Virus record (IMG/VR): IMGVR_UViG_3300011432_000003
Coordinates: 1 to 56,805 of that record
Source of the DNA: a virus
Lineage: Duplodnaviria > Caudoviricetes
Strand: one strand, 5' to 3'
Length of the DNA: 56,805 bases
Made by a program: the position numbers and the translations under genes. This document shows, one piece after another, positions 1 through 9,227 of this stretch. Below the pieces are notes generated by a model that did not search any database, was not told the DNA's origin, and was given only the letters and a program-made list of their open reading frames with translations. Each line of letters opens with the position of its first letter. Positions within the stretch are counted from its first letter, which is position 1.

Positions 1-123
1 GATCGGCGACGGCGTCAACGACATTACGGCCGGCTTTTGGGTCGATCTGCCGCCGTGTGACATACCGGGGACGATCGTTTACGCCTCGATGCTGGCGAAC
101 GAAGACGGCGATCTCGAGGTCGA
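1..123. repeat. Terminal direct repeat (assembly overlap of a circular or circularly permuted genome), left copy
   Basis: Bases 1-123 are identical to 56683-56805, and an ORF reads in frame across the join. Confidence 0.95.
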
Positions 124-355
124 TCTCTATCGGTGCACGTTCGCCGAATTCGACGCCGGCGCGACGCATCCCGTCTCCGGAGATTCGATCGTCGCATCGG
201 CGCCGCTCGAGATTGTCGCGGACAACAAATCCGAAGACGCGACGCTCACCGGATGGGATCCGGATCTTGCCGTCGGCGATATACTCCGCGCGTGGGTCAA
301 TAGCGCGACGGATATTAAGCAGTGCACGATCGGGCTCCGGGTACTCCGGACGTAG
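2..355 (+). CDS. C-terminal part of the tail fibre protein that starts at 55619 (wraps the join)
   Basis: In frame with the ATG at 55619 once the 123-bp overlap is collapsed; ends ...CTIGLRVLRT* at 355. The 89..355 ORF in the track is only this tail. Confidence 0.85.
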   Translation: MGDGVNDITAGFWVDLPPCDIPGTIVYASMLANEDGDLEVDLYRCTFAEFDAGATHPVSGDSIVASAPLEIVADNKSEDATLTGWDPDLAVGDILRAWVNSATDIKQCTIGLRVLRT

Positions 356-382
356 GACACCACAACGGAAGAGGGTTCTCTC

Positions 383-586
383 ATGGCACGGTATCAAATC
401 AGCTTCACGCAAAAGCATCCGAGCGGCGGCGAGTCGACGAACACGGTCGAGCACGACGGGCCGAAAGGGCTCGGCGCCGCGCTCGCGGCGAAGCTGCTCG
501 AGGGTGAGAGCGAAGGGATCGTGACGACGTCAGTCACCGCAACACGGATCGAAGACACGCCGGCACCGACGGCGGAAACGCCGTAA
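383..586 (+). CDS. Hypothetical protein (67 aa)
   Basis: GGAAGAGG upstream, typical codon usage, lies in the tail operon. Confidence 0.7.
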   Translation: MARYQISFTQKHPSGGESTNTVEHDGPKGLGAALAAKLLEGESEGIVTTSVTATRIEDTPAPTAETP

Positions 587-604
587 TCACTCGAGGGTCG
601 ACCT

Positions 605-1048
605 ATGGGAAAGTGGCTCGCGGATCGCGCCGGGAATCCGGTCACGATCCTTTCGACGGAGCTCAATTCGTTGACGACGACGGGCTCGGCGCTCTCGTCG
701 GCGCTCGACAACGACGCCGATCTCGACGTGCTCGCGCGCGCGCAGCTCGATATTACCTATGCGAGCGCGCCGACGGCCGGCACGGTGATAGATCTCTACG
801 TCGTGACGCAGATCGGCGGCACGTATGAAGACGCGTCGACGACGGGACCGATCATCCCTAAAAACGGATGGGTCGCGAGTTTCGAGCTTCGCGCCGTAAC
901 GGGGCAGCAGCTCATCGCGAGCACGCCGTTCCTCGTGCCGCTCGGCGATCACAAGTACCTCGCCGTCGCACGGACAACCGGGCAGACGGCCGCCTCGAGC
1001 GGGAATACGATAAAGCTCATGCTTTACAAAACGGGACCGTCGGCGTGA
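605..1048 (+). CDS. Putative virion structural protein (beta-rich)
   Basis: GAGGG RBS; Thr/Ser/Ala-rich; lies in the tail module. Confidence 0.65.
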   Translation: MGKWLADRAGNPVTILSTELNSLTTTGSALSSALDNDADLDVLARAQLDITYASAPTAGTVIDLYVVTQIGGTYEDASTTGPIIPKNGWVASFELRAVTGQQLIASTPFLVPLGDHKYLAVARTTGQTAASSGNTIKLMLYKTGPSA

Positions 1049-1896
1049 CGGGGATTCTCTCGCCGCATCGCGGGCATATCTGCTCGCCACATCCGTTTTT
1101 CGCCAATTGCGCGACGGCGAGGGAGAAGCGATGGTGGCGCGGCTTACGCGCCGCGATTATTCCGCGCGTGGGAAGTAATCCAATCACCGGCGGCAGCGCG
1201 TGGGCGTCGCACGGTTATAATCTCGTGACACAGCGATTCTCGACGCACGACGGCGGCGTCGTGCATCGCGGCGAGACGCGCGGCCCGGCGATGCGTTTCG
1301 ACGGCGGACCGGGAATGATCTTTTCCATTCAATCCGGCGGCGGCTCCGGCGGCGGCGGCTTGCCGCTCGTGCCGCCGATGACGCTCTTCGGACAAGTGTA
1401 TATGCGTGCCGGCTTCTCGGGGAAACTCTTCTCGACGGGATACCTCTTTAGCGGCGGCGGTTACACGTTTCAGATGAATTACGGGAGCGCGAACCTTGGC
1501 CTAACGCGATGGGGGATCGCCGATCATCCGACGTCGCTCATCGTGCCGACGAGTCAAGAGTCTTCCGTGGCGCTCGCGTGGGATGGCACAACGGCGCGCT
1601 TTATGCTCAATCGCACCTTTGAGAATCAATCGATCGCGAGTAATACGTCGCTCGCCGGCTTCGGTTTCGGCTGCGATGCGAATTTCGCGAGCGGGAGCAC
1701 CGGGATCGCGGTCTTCGTCGGGTATGCGTGGGATCGCGTCCTCAACGACGACGAGCTCGGGGAGCTGCGAGAAGATCCGTGGCGCGTCGTGCGTTCTGGC
1801 CTCGTCTTCGATAGTGACGAGGACGACGAGGCCGGCGTCGCGCCGCCGGCGAATGTCGCACGGCGCGATCGTGTCGCCGGGATTATCGGCGGATGA
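1045..1896 (+). CDS. LamG/concanavalin-A-like domain tail-associated protein
   Basis: GTG start overlaps the previous stop; LamG-like motifs VALAWDGTTARFMLN and YAWDRVLNDDELGEL. Confidence 0.6.
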   Translation: MTGILSPHRGHICSPHPFFANCATAREKRWWRGLRAAIIPRVGSNPITGGSAWASHGYNLVTQRFSTHDGGVVHRGETRGPAMRFDGGPGMIFSIQSGGGSGGGGLPLVPPMTLFGQVYMRAGFSGKLFSTGYLFSGGGYTFQMNYGSANLGLTRWGIADHPTSLIVPTSQESSVALAWDGTTARFMLNRTFENQSIASNTSLAGFGFGCDANFASGSTGIAVFVGYAWDRVLNDDELGELREDPWRVVRSGLVFDSDEDDEAGVAPPANVARRDRVAGIIGG

Positions 1897-2135
1897 CGCC
1901 GCCGGCGGGAGCTCGGCCGCTCGAGACGCTCGATCAGATCATCGTCGAGCTGCAGCGCATTGCAACCGACGTCGCGCTGCTCGACGACACGGGCGCCGGC
2001 GATTGCGCAAAGGATCTCGAGCGCGTCGGCGGTGCACTCCTGCAGGCCTTCGCCGCGAGTCTCGCGCGGCCGCCGATGTTCGGATCGCCGGCGCCGTCCC
2101 TCGAGACACCGATCGCACCGAAGCCGCGGCCGTGA
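1893..2135 (+). CDS. Hypothetical protein
   Basis: ATGA overlap with the upstream gene. Confidence 0.6.
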   Translation: MTPPAGARPLETLDQIIVELQRIATDVALLDDTGAGDCAKDLERVGGALLQAFAASLARPPMFGSPAPSLETPIAPKPRP

Positions 2136-2274
2136 GTATGAGCTCGAGGATCCGGTCGGATCCCGGACGCATTTGGTATCACTAACGGGGGACTGGCACG
2201 CTCGAGGCTGCGCGCGTAACGTACGACGCATCAGGCCAAGGGCCGACGGGGCAGAATTCCGTTACCTCGAGCGA

Positions 2275-2703
2275 ATGAGCGACACGACGCCAAGGCCTGA
2301 CGACGTAACCGGCGAGCATGCTCGCCGAGAATCCTACGGCCGCCGGGACGAAGATCTCACGCTGCGGCAGATCTGGCAGATGATCCGCCGCGCACGATGG
2401 ATCGGCGCCTTCGCGATCTTTCTCGGGACCGGAACCGGATGGATCGGCGGCCAATTACTCGGGCCGGTCGCGCAGCGCGTCGCGACCGTCGACGGACGCG
2501 TGACGGTCGTCGACTCGCTGCATCAGCTCAATTTCTCCGCGCTGCGTGCCGAAGACGCGCGGATTCTGGCCTTAGTCGACGAGCTCGCGGATGCGACGAA
2601 GCTCGGGAATTATTTGATCTGCACGATGACGCGCCGGAATGATCCCGTCGCGGTGCCGGCCGAGTGTAACCGTGTGATCCTCGATTGGCGCCGCACGCGA
2701 TGA
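2275..2703 (+). CDS. Single-TM membrane protein with coiled coil (lysis-associated)
   Basis: TM segment WIGAFAIFLGTGTGWIGG; first gene of the lysis block; start taken at ATG 2275. Confidence 0.6.
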   Translation: MSDTTPRPDDVTGEHARRESYGRRDEDLTLRQIWQMIRRARWIGAFAIFLGTGTGWIGGQLLGPVAQRVATVDGRVTVVDSLHQLNFSALRAEDARILALVDELADATKLGNYLICTMTRRNDPVAVPAECNRVILDWRRTR

Positions 2704-3023
2704 GCGATCCGACGCAGGCACCGATCGAGCGGCGCGTCTCGGCGACGTCGCGCTCGGCGGCCTTCGTCGCCGGCTTCCGCGCGGCGGCATCGGTGATCGG
2801 GCGGATCCTGCTCGGCGTGACGCTGCTCGTCGGCGCGCTCGCGCTGCTCGGCGTCGAGATGCGGATCGCGCTCGACGTGAAGACGTCGCCGCATTGGGCA
2901 CATATCGCGATGTATGTCGGGCTCATCATCGCCGCGGCGTCGATCCTGCTTCCCGATTGGGCGAAGATGTTTTTCGGATGGCTCACGGCCTTAGCTCGAG
3001 GCGTCCGCAGTGGCAAAGAATAG
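2700..3023 (+). CDS. Holin-like 2-TM membrane protein
   Basis: Two hydrophobic helices and a basic C-terminus; overlapping start/stop. Confidence 0.55.
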   Translation: MSDPTQAPIERRVSATSRSAAFVAGFRAAASVIGRILLGVTLLVGALALLGVEMRIALDVKTSPHWAHIAMYVGLIIAAASILLPDWAKMFFGWLTALARGVRSGKE

Positions 3024-3363
3024 CGCGATCCGGAAGCCGTTCGAATGGCTCGAGGACTTTCCGACGACGGCGGCGACGTGCCTCGTCGCGCTCTCGATCA
3101 TCATCGCAACGGCGATCCGATACCTCTTCATGCAGCCGGAGCTCCCGGATCTCGGCGCGTGGCTCACGTTCTTAGGCTCGCTCGTGACGATCGTCGGCGG
3201 GACGGTCGTCGGGAAGCGCTTTAGCGCGGATCCGGCCGTGATTACCGCGGAAGCATCCGCGCGCCAGACGCCGCCGCCGTCGACGTTTGTCGATTCGGCC
3301 GGCGGGATCGAAGTCATCCCGCATTCGGACGCGACGCAGGATCCGCCGGCGCCGGCGCCGTGA
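3010..3363 (+). CDS. Holin-like 2-TM membrane protein
   Basis: Two hydrophobic segments (CLVALSIIIATAI; WLTFLGSLVTIVGG); upstream of the endolysin. Confidence 0.55.
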   Translation: MAKNSAIRKPFEWLEDFPTTAATCLVALSIIIATAIRYLFMQPELPDLGAWLTFLGSLVTIVGGTVVGKRFSADPAVITAEASARQTPPPSTFVDSAGGIEVIPHSDATQDPPAPAP

Positions 3364-3980
3364 GCACGGCCGCACGCCTCGCGCAGCTCCGCCTCGAGGC
3401 CGAGCCGCTGCTTGCGGCGTTCGAGCGATTCGATCCGCGGCAGCTCGAGGCGTGGCTCGGCCTCTCGCACGGTCGCGGCTTCCTGCCGCGCGGGATAAAG
3501 GTCTACACGCGGGCGCGATACTGGCACGTGAAGATCCGGATCGGTGTCGGCTCGCCGGCGGATCTCGTCTTTGAAGCCTCTTTCGGTCTGCCGTGGAAGC
3601 CGGGCGGCGTGCGCCTGACGACGGCGGCCGCGCACGCGCCGGCCGGTACGGACTGGTTTCCGATCGTCGGGATCACGTCGCTGCAGTGTCACGCGCTCGC
3701 GATGCGATGCCTCGAGGCACTCGGGGCGCCGTACGCGTGGCTCTCCGGGCTCCGCTTCGTGCCGATCGTGCGCGTCGTGCTCGGCGATCGCGAGAGCCGG
3801 CGCGATCGGCCGCGCTTCAATTGCTCTAAGTTTGCACTCGTCATGCTCCGGGCCGTCGGCCTCGAGCCGATCCCGCGGATGCCGGCCTTCCGGTGCGCGC
3901 CGGGACACTTCCTAAACTCGGCGATCCTCGCCGATCCCGTCACGCTCGATGCGTCCGGGCCGGAGCTCGTACCGGGATGA
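3360..3980 (+). CDS. Permuted papain-like (YiiX/YebB, NlpC/P60 superfamily) protein
   Basis: His before Cys: YWHVKI...FEAS...LGAPYAW...RFNCSKF...APGHF. Confidence 0.6.
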   Translation: MSTAARLAQLRLEAEPLLAAFERFDPRQLEAWLGLSHGRGFLPRGIKVYTRARYWHVKIRIGVGSPADLVFEASFGLPWKPGGVRLTTAAAHAPAGTDWFPIVGITSLQCHALAMRCLEALGAPYAWLSGLRFVPIVRVVLGDRESRRDRPRFNCSKFALVMLRAVGLEPIPRMPAFRCAPGHFLNSAILADPVTLDASGPELVPG

Positions 3981-5002
3981 CGGACTTCCGAATATGGCAG
4001 CGGCTCCGCTTCGTCGTGTCGGACGAAGATCCCGGCGCGATCATCTCGAGGACCGTTACCGGATGGTGGTCGCCGCTCGCGCGGACGTTCCGCTTACGCG
4101 GGGATGACGCATGGAGCCCGGATTTATTGGCCGCCGGCGCCGGCGGCGTCGGGCCGCAGGGGCCGCAAGGCGAGCCCGGAGAGCAGGGACCGGCCGGTGC
4201 ACAAGGTCCGCAAGGGATCCAAGGCGTAGCGGGCGCGCAGGGGCCGGCAGGGGCAGCCGGAGCAGCAGGCGCACAAGGTCCGGCCGGCGCAGACGGGGCG
4301 GACGGTGCAGACGGCGCCGACGGTGCCGCCGGTGCGCAGGGGCCGCAGGGGATCCAAGGTCCGGCCGGGAATGACGGCGCGCCGGGCGCCGATGGAGCGG
4401 ACGGCGCACCGGGCGCACCGGGCGCAGACGGCGCCGACGGAGCGGCGGGAGCGGAAGGACCGGCAGGCGAGCAGGGGCCGCAGGGAATCCAAGGTCCGCA
4501 GGGGATCCAAGGGCCGGCCGGCGCCGATGGCTCGATCGCCGCCTGCTATCCGATCGGCGCGATCTTCCTCGCCGTCGTCTCGACGAATCCGGCGACGCTC
4601 TTCGGCTTCGGGACGTGGGCCGCCTTCGGCGCCGGGCGCGTGCTCGTCGGGCTCAATGCCGGCGATCCGGATTTCGACACGGTCGAAGAGACGGGCGGCG
4701 CGAAGACGCACACGCTCTCGGCGGCCGAGATGCCGGCACATACGCACGTTCAGGACGCGCACACGCATTTACAGAATGCGCACACGCATGTTCAAAACGT
4801 CAATTCCGCGGCGACGGGCGGGAACGTCGGCGCGGCGCCGGACGCCTCGACGAATACATCCGTCGCGTCCGGATACTCGACGGCGGCGACAACGGCCGTC
4901 AATCAGAACGCAACGGCCGTCAATCAGAGCACCGGCGGAGACGGCGCGCATAACAACTTGCAGCCGTATATCGTCGTCTATATGTGGAAGCGCACCGCAT
5001 GA
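3977..5002 (+). CDS. Collagen-like tail fibre with C-terminal baseplate/fibre-tip domain
   Basis: Long Gly-X-Y run, then YPIGAIF...[11 protein letters not shown]...GRVLVG...TGGAKTHTL...EMPAHTH...[17 protein letters not shown]. Confidence 0.85.
   Translation: MTDFRIWQRLRFVVSDEDPGAIISRTVTGWWSPLARTFRLRGDDAWSPDLLAAGAGGVGPQGPQGEPGEQGPAGAQGPQGIQGVAGAQGPAGAAGAAGAQGPAGADGADGADGADGAAGAQGPQGIQGPAGNDGAPGADGADGAPGAPGADGADGAAGAEGPAGEQGPQGIQGPQGIQGPAGADGSIAACYPIGAIFLAVVSTNPATLFGFGTWAAFGAGRVLVGLNAGDPDFDTVEETGGAKTHTLSAAEMPAHTHVQDAHTHLQNAHTHVQNVNSAATGGNVGAAPDASTNTSVASGYSTAATTAVNQNATAVNQSTGGDGAHNNLQPYIVVYMWKRTA
4151..4531 (+). repeat. Collagen Gly-X-Y coding repeat
   Basis: GPQ/GAD/GAQ/GIQ triplets with 9-bp periodicity. 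Confidence 0.9.
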
Positions 5003-5646
5003 CACCAATCCTCAAGCCGGCACCGGCGATCGAGATCCCGCTCGGCGGATGGATGGACGCGCCGGCGTACACCGAAGAGCAGCGGCGCCTCGTACGCCGC
5101 GCGCTCCGGGACGGGAATCATCACGAGTCGCCGCTCGGCTCCAATCGTTCACCGTACCTCGACGCCTTGTGCAGTTGGGCCGGTTCGCCGATCGGCTCGT
5201 ACTGGTGCGCGATCTGGCTCGGCGCCGTCTTCGCCTCGAGCGGCTGCCGGCTGCCGTACCTCTTCCCGGCGTGCGACTATTGGCTGCCGTACCTCGTCGA
5301 TCCGAAGACGCTCGAGCCGGCGGCGCGCGTCGGCTGCGCGATCGTGTACGGGAAGCGGGGCACGATCCCGATCGTCGCCTCGCATCGGCAGCGCGCGGAC
5401 GCCTCGCACGCCGGCGCCGGCGGCGTCGTCGCAGAGCTCAAGGCCGGCGGATGGGACGCGCAGCATATCGGGCTCGTGACGAATTGGCTCCGGGATCCGT
5501 ACGATCTTGTCCTGACGACGGAAGGGAATCGCGGGTATCAGGGGCTCGCCGTCGGGACGCCGAATAACGGGATCGCGATTGACACGGCGCCACTAACGCG
5601 AAAGGATGTACTCGGCCTCGTCCCGTGGCGTACCCTCTTGCCGTGA
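4999..5646 (+). CDS. Endolysin, CHAP-domain amidase/peptidase
   Basis: GSYWCAIW (catalytic Cys), HIGLV (His) and TTEGN, the CHAP signature order. Confidence 0.8.
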   Translation: MTPILKPAPAIEIPLGGWMDAPAYTEEQRRLVRRALRDGNHHESPLGSNRSPYLDALCSWAGSPIGSYWCAIWLGAVFASSGCRLPYLFPACDYWLPYLVDPKTLEPAARVGCAIVYGKRGTIPIVASHRQRADASHAGAGGVVAELKAGGWDAQHIGLVTNWLRDPYDLVLTTEGNRGYQGLAVGTPNNGIAIDTAPLTRKDVLGLVPWRTLLP

Positions 5647-5656
5647 GCTGCTCGCT

Positions 5657-6382
5657 ATGATCCCGCTCCCGAAGTGGATCCTCGTAATCGGTTTCGTGCT
5701 CGTCGCCGGCCTCGCCGCGGCGATCGTCGTCGGCGTCCGCAGCTCGGGCGCATGGAAGCAGGACGCCGCCGACTGGCAGACGAAGTACGCCGCGCTCGAG
5801 GCGAGCCGGGCGCAGGACTCGCTCGCGCTCGAGGCGCTCGTCGCACGGGCCGCCGGGATCCGGGTCGATCTCGACGCCGCACTCGTCACGAACGGCCGCC
5901 TCTCGAGCGAAGCCGCACGGCTCCGGCGGGAGCGCCTCGAGCTCATCGTCACGTCGAGCGTACCGGGATTGCCGCCGAGCGTCGGCGATACGCTCGCGAG
6001 CTGCCGGCACGGCCTGACGCTCTGCGCACGCGAGGCCGCGGTCGAGAAGCTGCGCGCCGACTCCCTCGCCGACGCCGCGCAGGGAGCGGCGATGCACGCC
6101 GCCTCGCTCGAGGACTCGGCGATTCACTTCCGCGAGGCGTACGATCGGCTCCGCCTGCTCACGGATGCCGCGCGTCCGATCATCGCGGCCGCGGATCCGC
6201 CGTGCTATCTGGCGAAGGCCGGCCCGATCCGGATCCATTGTCTCGGCCGGAAGGACGGCGCCGCACTCGCGGCCGCCGGGACGCTGCTCGTGACGTCGCA
6301 ATTCGCCTCGAGCGCGCAGGCGAAACGGATGCAGCTCGGCGCCGCCGGCGTCCTGATTCTCGGCTCGGTCGTGCTCTGGTGA
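5657..6382 (+). CDS. Spanin-like membrane-anchored coiled-coil protein
   Basis: N-terminal TM, long Ala/Leu/Glu/Arg helical region, hydrophobic C-terminus; directly after the endolysin. Confidence 0.55.
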   Translation: MIPLPKWILVIGFVLVAGLAAAIVVGVRSSGAWKQDAADWQTKYAALEASRAQDSLALEALVARAAGIRVDLDAALVTNGRLSSEAARLRRERLELIVTSSVPGLPPSVGDTLASCRHGLTLCAREAAVEKLRADSLADAAQGAAMHAASLEDSAIHFREAYDRLRLLTDAARPIIAAADPPCYLAKAGPIRIHCLGRKDGAALAAAGTLLVTSQFASSAQAKRMQLGAAGVLILGSVVLW

Positions 6383-6585
6383 GGCCTCTTGCGTGGATCA
6401 CTCGAGCCGCCGAGTGTATACGCACACTAACTCGCTCCGCGCTCATGCCTCGATCACGCACGCCTCGCACCGTCGATCCGTACAACGAAGTCGCCTCACG
6501 CGTGCTCTTTGAGCTCGTACAGGTGCACGCGCGGCTCGTCGAAGTGAGCTCTCGAGTGACCACTCTCTTTCACGAGGTACGACGT

Positions 6586-6813
6586 ATGCCAATTCATCCC
6601 GATACGCAGGCTGCACTCGATCGCGTCAAGGCGGCGATCGCGAAGGAAGGCGACGAGATCAAGGCGAAGGTTCAGGCCACGATCGACGCCGTGAACGCCG
6701 GCGCCGATCCGACGGAGATCGTCGCGCAGCTCAACGACATTACGGCCGCAGTCGACGCAATGTCCGAAGCGCTGCCGTCGACGCCGACGGCGCCGACGCC
6801 GCCGACACCGTAA
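6586..6813 (+). CDS. Hypothetical helical protein (alternative start 6445)
   Basis: GAGG RBS before ATG 6586; Pro/Thr tail. Confidence 0.6.
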   Translation: MPIHPDTQAALDRVKAAIAKEGDEIKAKVQATIDAVNAGADPTEIVAQLNDITAAVDAMSEALPSTPTAPTPPTP

Positions 6814-6817
6814 CACG

Positions 6818-7477
6818 GTGAAGGCTCTCGCAATACTCGTCGCTCTCTGTGTCGCTGCGGGGCATGCAGCGGCGCAGAGGGTGCCGACGGCCTTCGACTC
6901 GAGCACGGCCGCCGCGATCAAAGTCGCTCGAGACTCGACGCGCTGCACGACAAGTCCGCGCGCGTCGGCGGATCAGTGCAGCCGGGCACGCGTGCGCATG
7001 GACTCGATCCGGGCCGGGCTCACGTGTCCTCGAGCGCTCGCGCCGACGATTCCCGCGGGCTCGTGGTTCTGCCCGGCCGCTCCGGTGACGCCGCCGCCGG
7101 GACCGGGACCGATCGCGACGATCGAGGTCGTCGACGTCGGGCCGGTCACAGAGCCGCATTACGCCTCGAGGGCGCTCGACGCGTCAGGCGCGCCGATCCC
7201 GGCCGCCGGTGTCGATACTGTCACCGTGTGCGCCGTCGTGACGTGGTCGACGGGCGCGCGCAAAATCGGATGGCCGCCGGTCCGGATCCGACAAGTCGGC
7301 GATTCCGCGACGATGGGCGCGCGCGGCGGCAATCCGCTGCGGCAGATGTGCGCCGTCGTCGATAGCCTCGTGCCGGCGCCGGACTCGATCCCGGTCACGT
7401 GGTCGCTCGCATGGCTCACGTACAACGGCGCGCGGAAGCTGCGGCCGCTCGCCTTCGTCACGCCGCCGCCGGAATGA
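6818..7477 (+). CDS. Secreted/periplasmic protein with signal peptide
   Basis: N-terminus MKALAILVALCVAAGHAAAQ is a signal peptide with an A-x-A site; paired Cys. Confidence 0.65.
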   Translation: MKALAILVALCVAAGHAAAQRVPTAFDSSTAAAIKVARDSTRCTTSPRASADQCSRARVRMDSIRAGLTCPRALAPTIPAGSWFCPAAPVTPPPGPGPIATIEVVDVGPVTEPHYASRALDASGAPIPAAGVDTVTVCAVVTWSTGARKIGWPPVRIRQVGDSATMGARGGNPLRQMCAVVDSLVPAPDSIPVTWSLAWLTYNGARKLRPLAFVTPPPE

Positions 7478-7935
7478 GTCGGCGGAACGTCGTCGCCTTC
7501 GCGATCGCCTTCGTCGTCGTGACGGTCGTCATGATGCTGGCCGGGATCGGGCTCGGCGTGACGCTCGAGCAGCTCGCGCTCGCGGACGGCGGGCCGGATA
7601 GCGTCGAGGTCGTGCTCGGCGATTCCGTCGGCGAGGGGCCGGATGCGATCGCATCCGTCGCCGTGCTCTCAACCTCGAGGACGGTCGAGGATTCGACGAT
7701 CGCGTGCGCCGTGTACGTCACGGCCGATAAACGCGTCGGGCTCATGGCGCCGGCCTTCGTCGTGCGCCGAGTCGATCGATCGACCGTGCAGCCGTCATAC
7801 GATCGCGACGTCGTGACGCGCTGCGCACCGCTGCTCAAGGCGAACGGGCTCACGATCACGAGCCGCACGGTGCATCCGGTCGTCGCGTGGCGCCTGCGGA
7901 CGAAGGCGCGCCGGGCGCAGACGATACGCGTCTAG
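7474..7935 (+). CDS. Membrane-anchored hypothetical protein
   Basis: N-terminal TM helix; ATGA overlap. Confidence 0.6.
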   Translation: MSRRNVVAFAIAFVVVTVVMMLAGIGLGVTLEQLALADGGPDSVEVVLGDSVGEGPDAIASVAVLSTSRTVEDSTIACAVYVTADKRVGLMAPAFVVRRVDRSTVQPSYDRDVVTRCAPLLKANGLTITSRTVHPVVAWRLRTKARRAQTIRV

Positions 7936-7941
7936 CGCCTC

Positions 7942-8643
7942 GTGTGCGCGCTCTCGCCGGAGATCCTCGCGGCCGCGCGCGCCGAGCTCGATCGCCAGAC
8001 GGGCCGGCACGAGCGCTCGAGTCGATCGACGAAGCGGCCGGACTCGAGTCGCCGCTGCCGGGCGCGCGATCGTAAAGGCGGGAAGTGGTGCAACCGGCCG
8101 GCGATCGCCGGCTTCCGGTGCGTACGTCACTATCACCGCGATCGTCGCCGGCAGCTCGAGAGGCGGAAGCCGGGCGGCCCGGCACCGCTCGCGGACGTGT
8201 GCAAGTGCGGCCGCGGGATCGTCGTCGCGCTCGAGCGGTGTAATCCGTGCCTGCAGCGCTTTTATCGGACGCATCCGTGCACGTGCGAGGACTGCGGTGC
8301 ACGCTGCCGGGATCCGGGCCGCCGGTTCAAGCCGCGGTGTCCCTCGTGCCGCGCAGCTCGAGCGCCGCGGTATGGGCGCTGCACGGGCGCAGGATGCCGC
8401 CGGACGGCCGTCTCGCCGAGTGGCGAGTGCCGGCCTTGTCGGGCATGGCGAGAGGTCCGCGAGGGCTCACGGGCGCTCTGTGACTGCGGTCACGCGCCGG
8501 CCGTGTGGGATGGCCGGTGTACGCGCTGCGGCCTGAAGGACTACGCGCGGACGCCGCGAGGGAAGTCGGTTCGCCGGCGATCGCAGCGCGCCGGGCGGCG
8601 TCGCGGGAAACTCATCCGTGACACGGCGGACCGGGCCGCATAG
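7942..8643 (+). CDS. Cys/Arg-rich multi-zinc-finger protein
   Basis: 22 Cys with many CxxC; N-terminal C-x-A-x-x-R-x-G-x-x-x-C-x-x-P-A...C-x-x-H resembles HGGxSTG-type Zn fingers; start uncertain. Confidence 0.5.
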   Translation: MCALSPEILAAARAELDRQTGRHERSSRSTKRPDSSRRCRARDRKGGKWCNRPAIAGFRCVRHYHRDRRRQLERRKPGGPAPLADVCKCGRGIVVALERCNPCLQRFYRTHPCTCEDCGARCRDPGRRFKPRCPSCRAARAPRYGRCTGAGCRRTAVSPSGECRPCRAWREVREGSRALCDCGHAPAVWDGRCTRCGLKDYARTPRGKSVRRRSQRAGRRRGKLIRDTADRAA

Positions 8644-8653
8644 GTTGGTCGGT

Positions 8654-8771
8654 GAGCTGGCCGGCGTCTTGTCGGGCTCTTCACAATAAGGGCCGTCTCG
8701 ACTGGCGTAGTTGCGCGTTGCGATGAAGGAACCGAGCCGTAAGTCCCGCGACGGCAGGCCGCCGGCAGCTC
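8654..8771 (+). ncRNA. Candidate structured ncRNA (unknown family)
   Basis: Intergenic; closing stem GAGCTG-GCCGGCG...CGCCGGC-AGCTC; internal hairpins with G-U pairs that work on the + strand. Confidence 0.35.
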
Positions 8772-8790
8772 AACCTCGAGTGATAAGATC

Positions 8791-8865
8791 GGCCTTGCGC
8801 GATCGCACAAGGCCTTTTAGTTTCCGATCGTACGCTCTCACACTCTCACTCGAGGACTCACGATG
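8791..8865 (+). promoter_or_regulatory. Hairpin-promoter/RBS cassette, copy 1
   Basis: GGCC-TTGCGC-GATC-GCACAA-GGCC, 17-bp spacer, TAGTTT, then CTCTCACACTCTCACTCGAGGACTCACG-ATG. Confidence 0.85.
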
Positions 8866-9225
8866 AAGCGGCTCACGAGCAAGGCCTGCCCGAAGTGCGA
8901 CGGCACGGGTCACGGCGCTTTCGACTCATCCAATCGCGCCGGCGATTGCAAGCGGTGCGACGGTACGGGCCGGATCCCGGATAGCGTGAAGCGCGTCGCG
9001 CACGTCGAGGATCCGCAGATCGGCGACGTCGTGATCGAGCTGCGCGAGAATGGCGTCTTCATCCGCCGGAAGGGCAAGCGGACGGTATACGGGCCGCTTT
9101 CGTTCCTTGGGCTCTTCATGGCCGGCGCGCGCCAGTACGCCGAGCTCCGACGCCTCGAGGCGAAGGGACGCAAGGCCGGCCGGGCAACCGCTCGCCGGAA
9201 GCGCATCCGCCGCGGGGGGATCTGA
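8863..9225 (+). CDS. Basic protein with DnaJ-type CxxCxGxG zinc finger
   Basis: CPKCDGTG and CKRCDGTG; directly after cassette 1. Confidence 0.75.
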   Translation: MKRLTSKACPKCDGTGHGAFDSSNRAGDCKRCDGTGRIPDSVKRVAHVEDPQIGDVVIELRENGVFIRRKGKRTVYGPLSFLGLFMAGARQYAELRRLEAKGRKAGRATARRKRIRRGGI

Positions 9226-9227
9226 CG

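Noticed and set aside
1-123. Physical terminal repeat of the virion DNA
   Set aside because: It falls mid-gene, far from terS, with a length typical of assembler overlap; it indicates circularity only.
2191-2210. Sigma54 promoter (CTGGCACG)
   Set aside because: The -12 TTGC is absent at the required spacing.
3977-5002. Diversity-generating retroelement target in tail fibres
   Set aside because: No reverse transcriptase, and no template/variable repeat pair differing at adenines was seen.
8695-8771. ZTP (pfl) riboswitch or HDV-like ribozyme, suggested by GACTGGCG and GGCCGGC...GCCGGC
   Set aside because: The 3' CGCCUGGGC hairpin of ZTP and the P1.1/J4/2 elements of HDV folds are not evident, and no purine/folate gene follows. 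Kept only as an unassigned RNA candidate.
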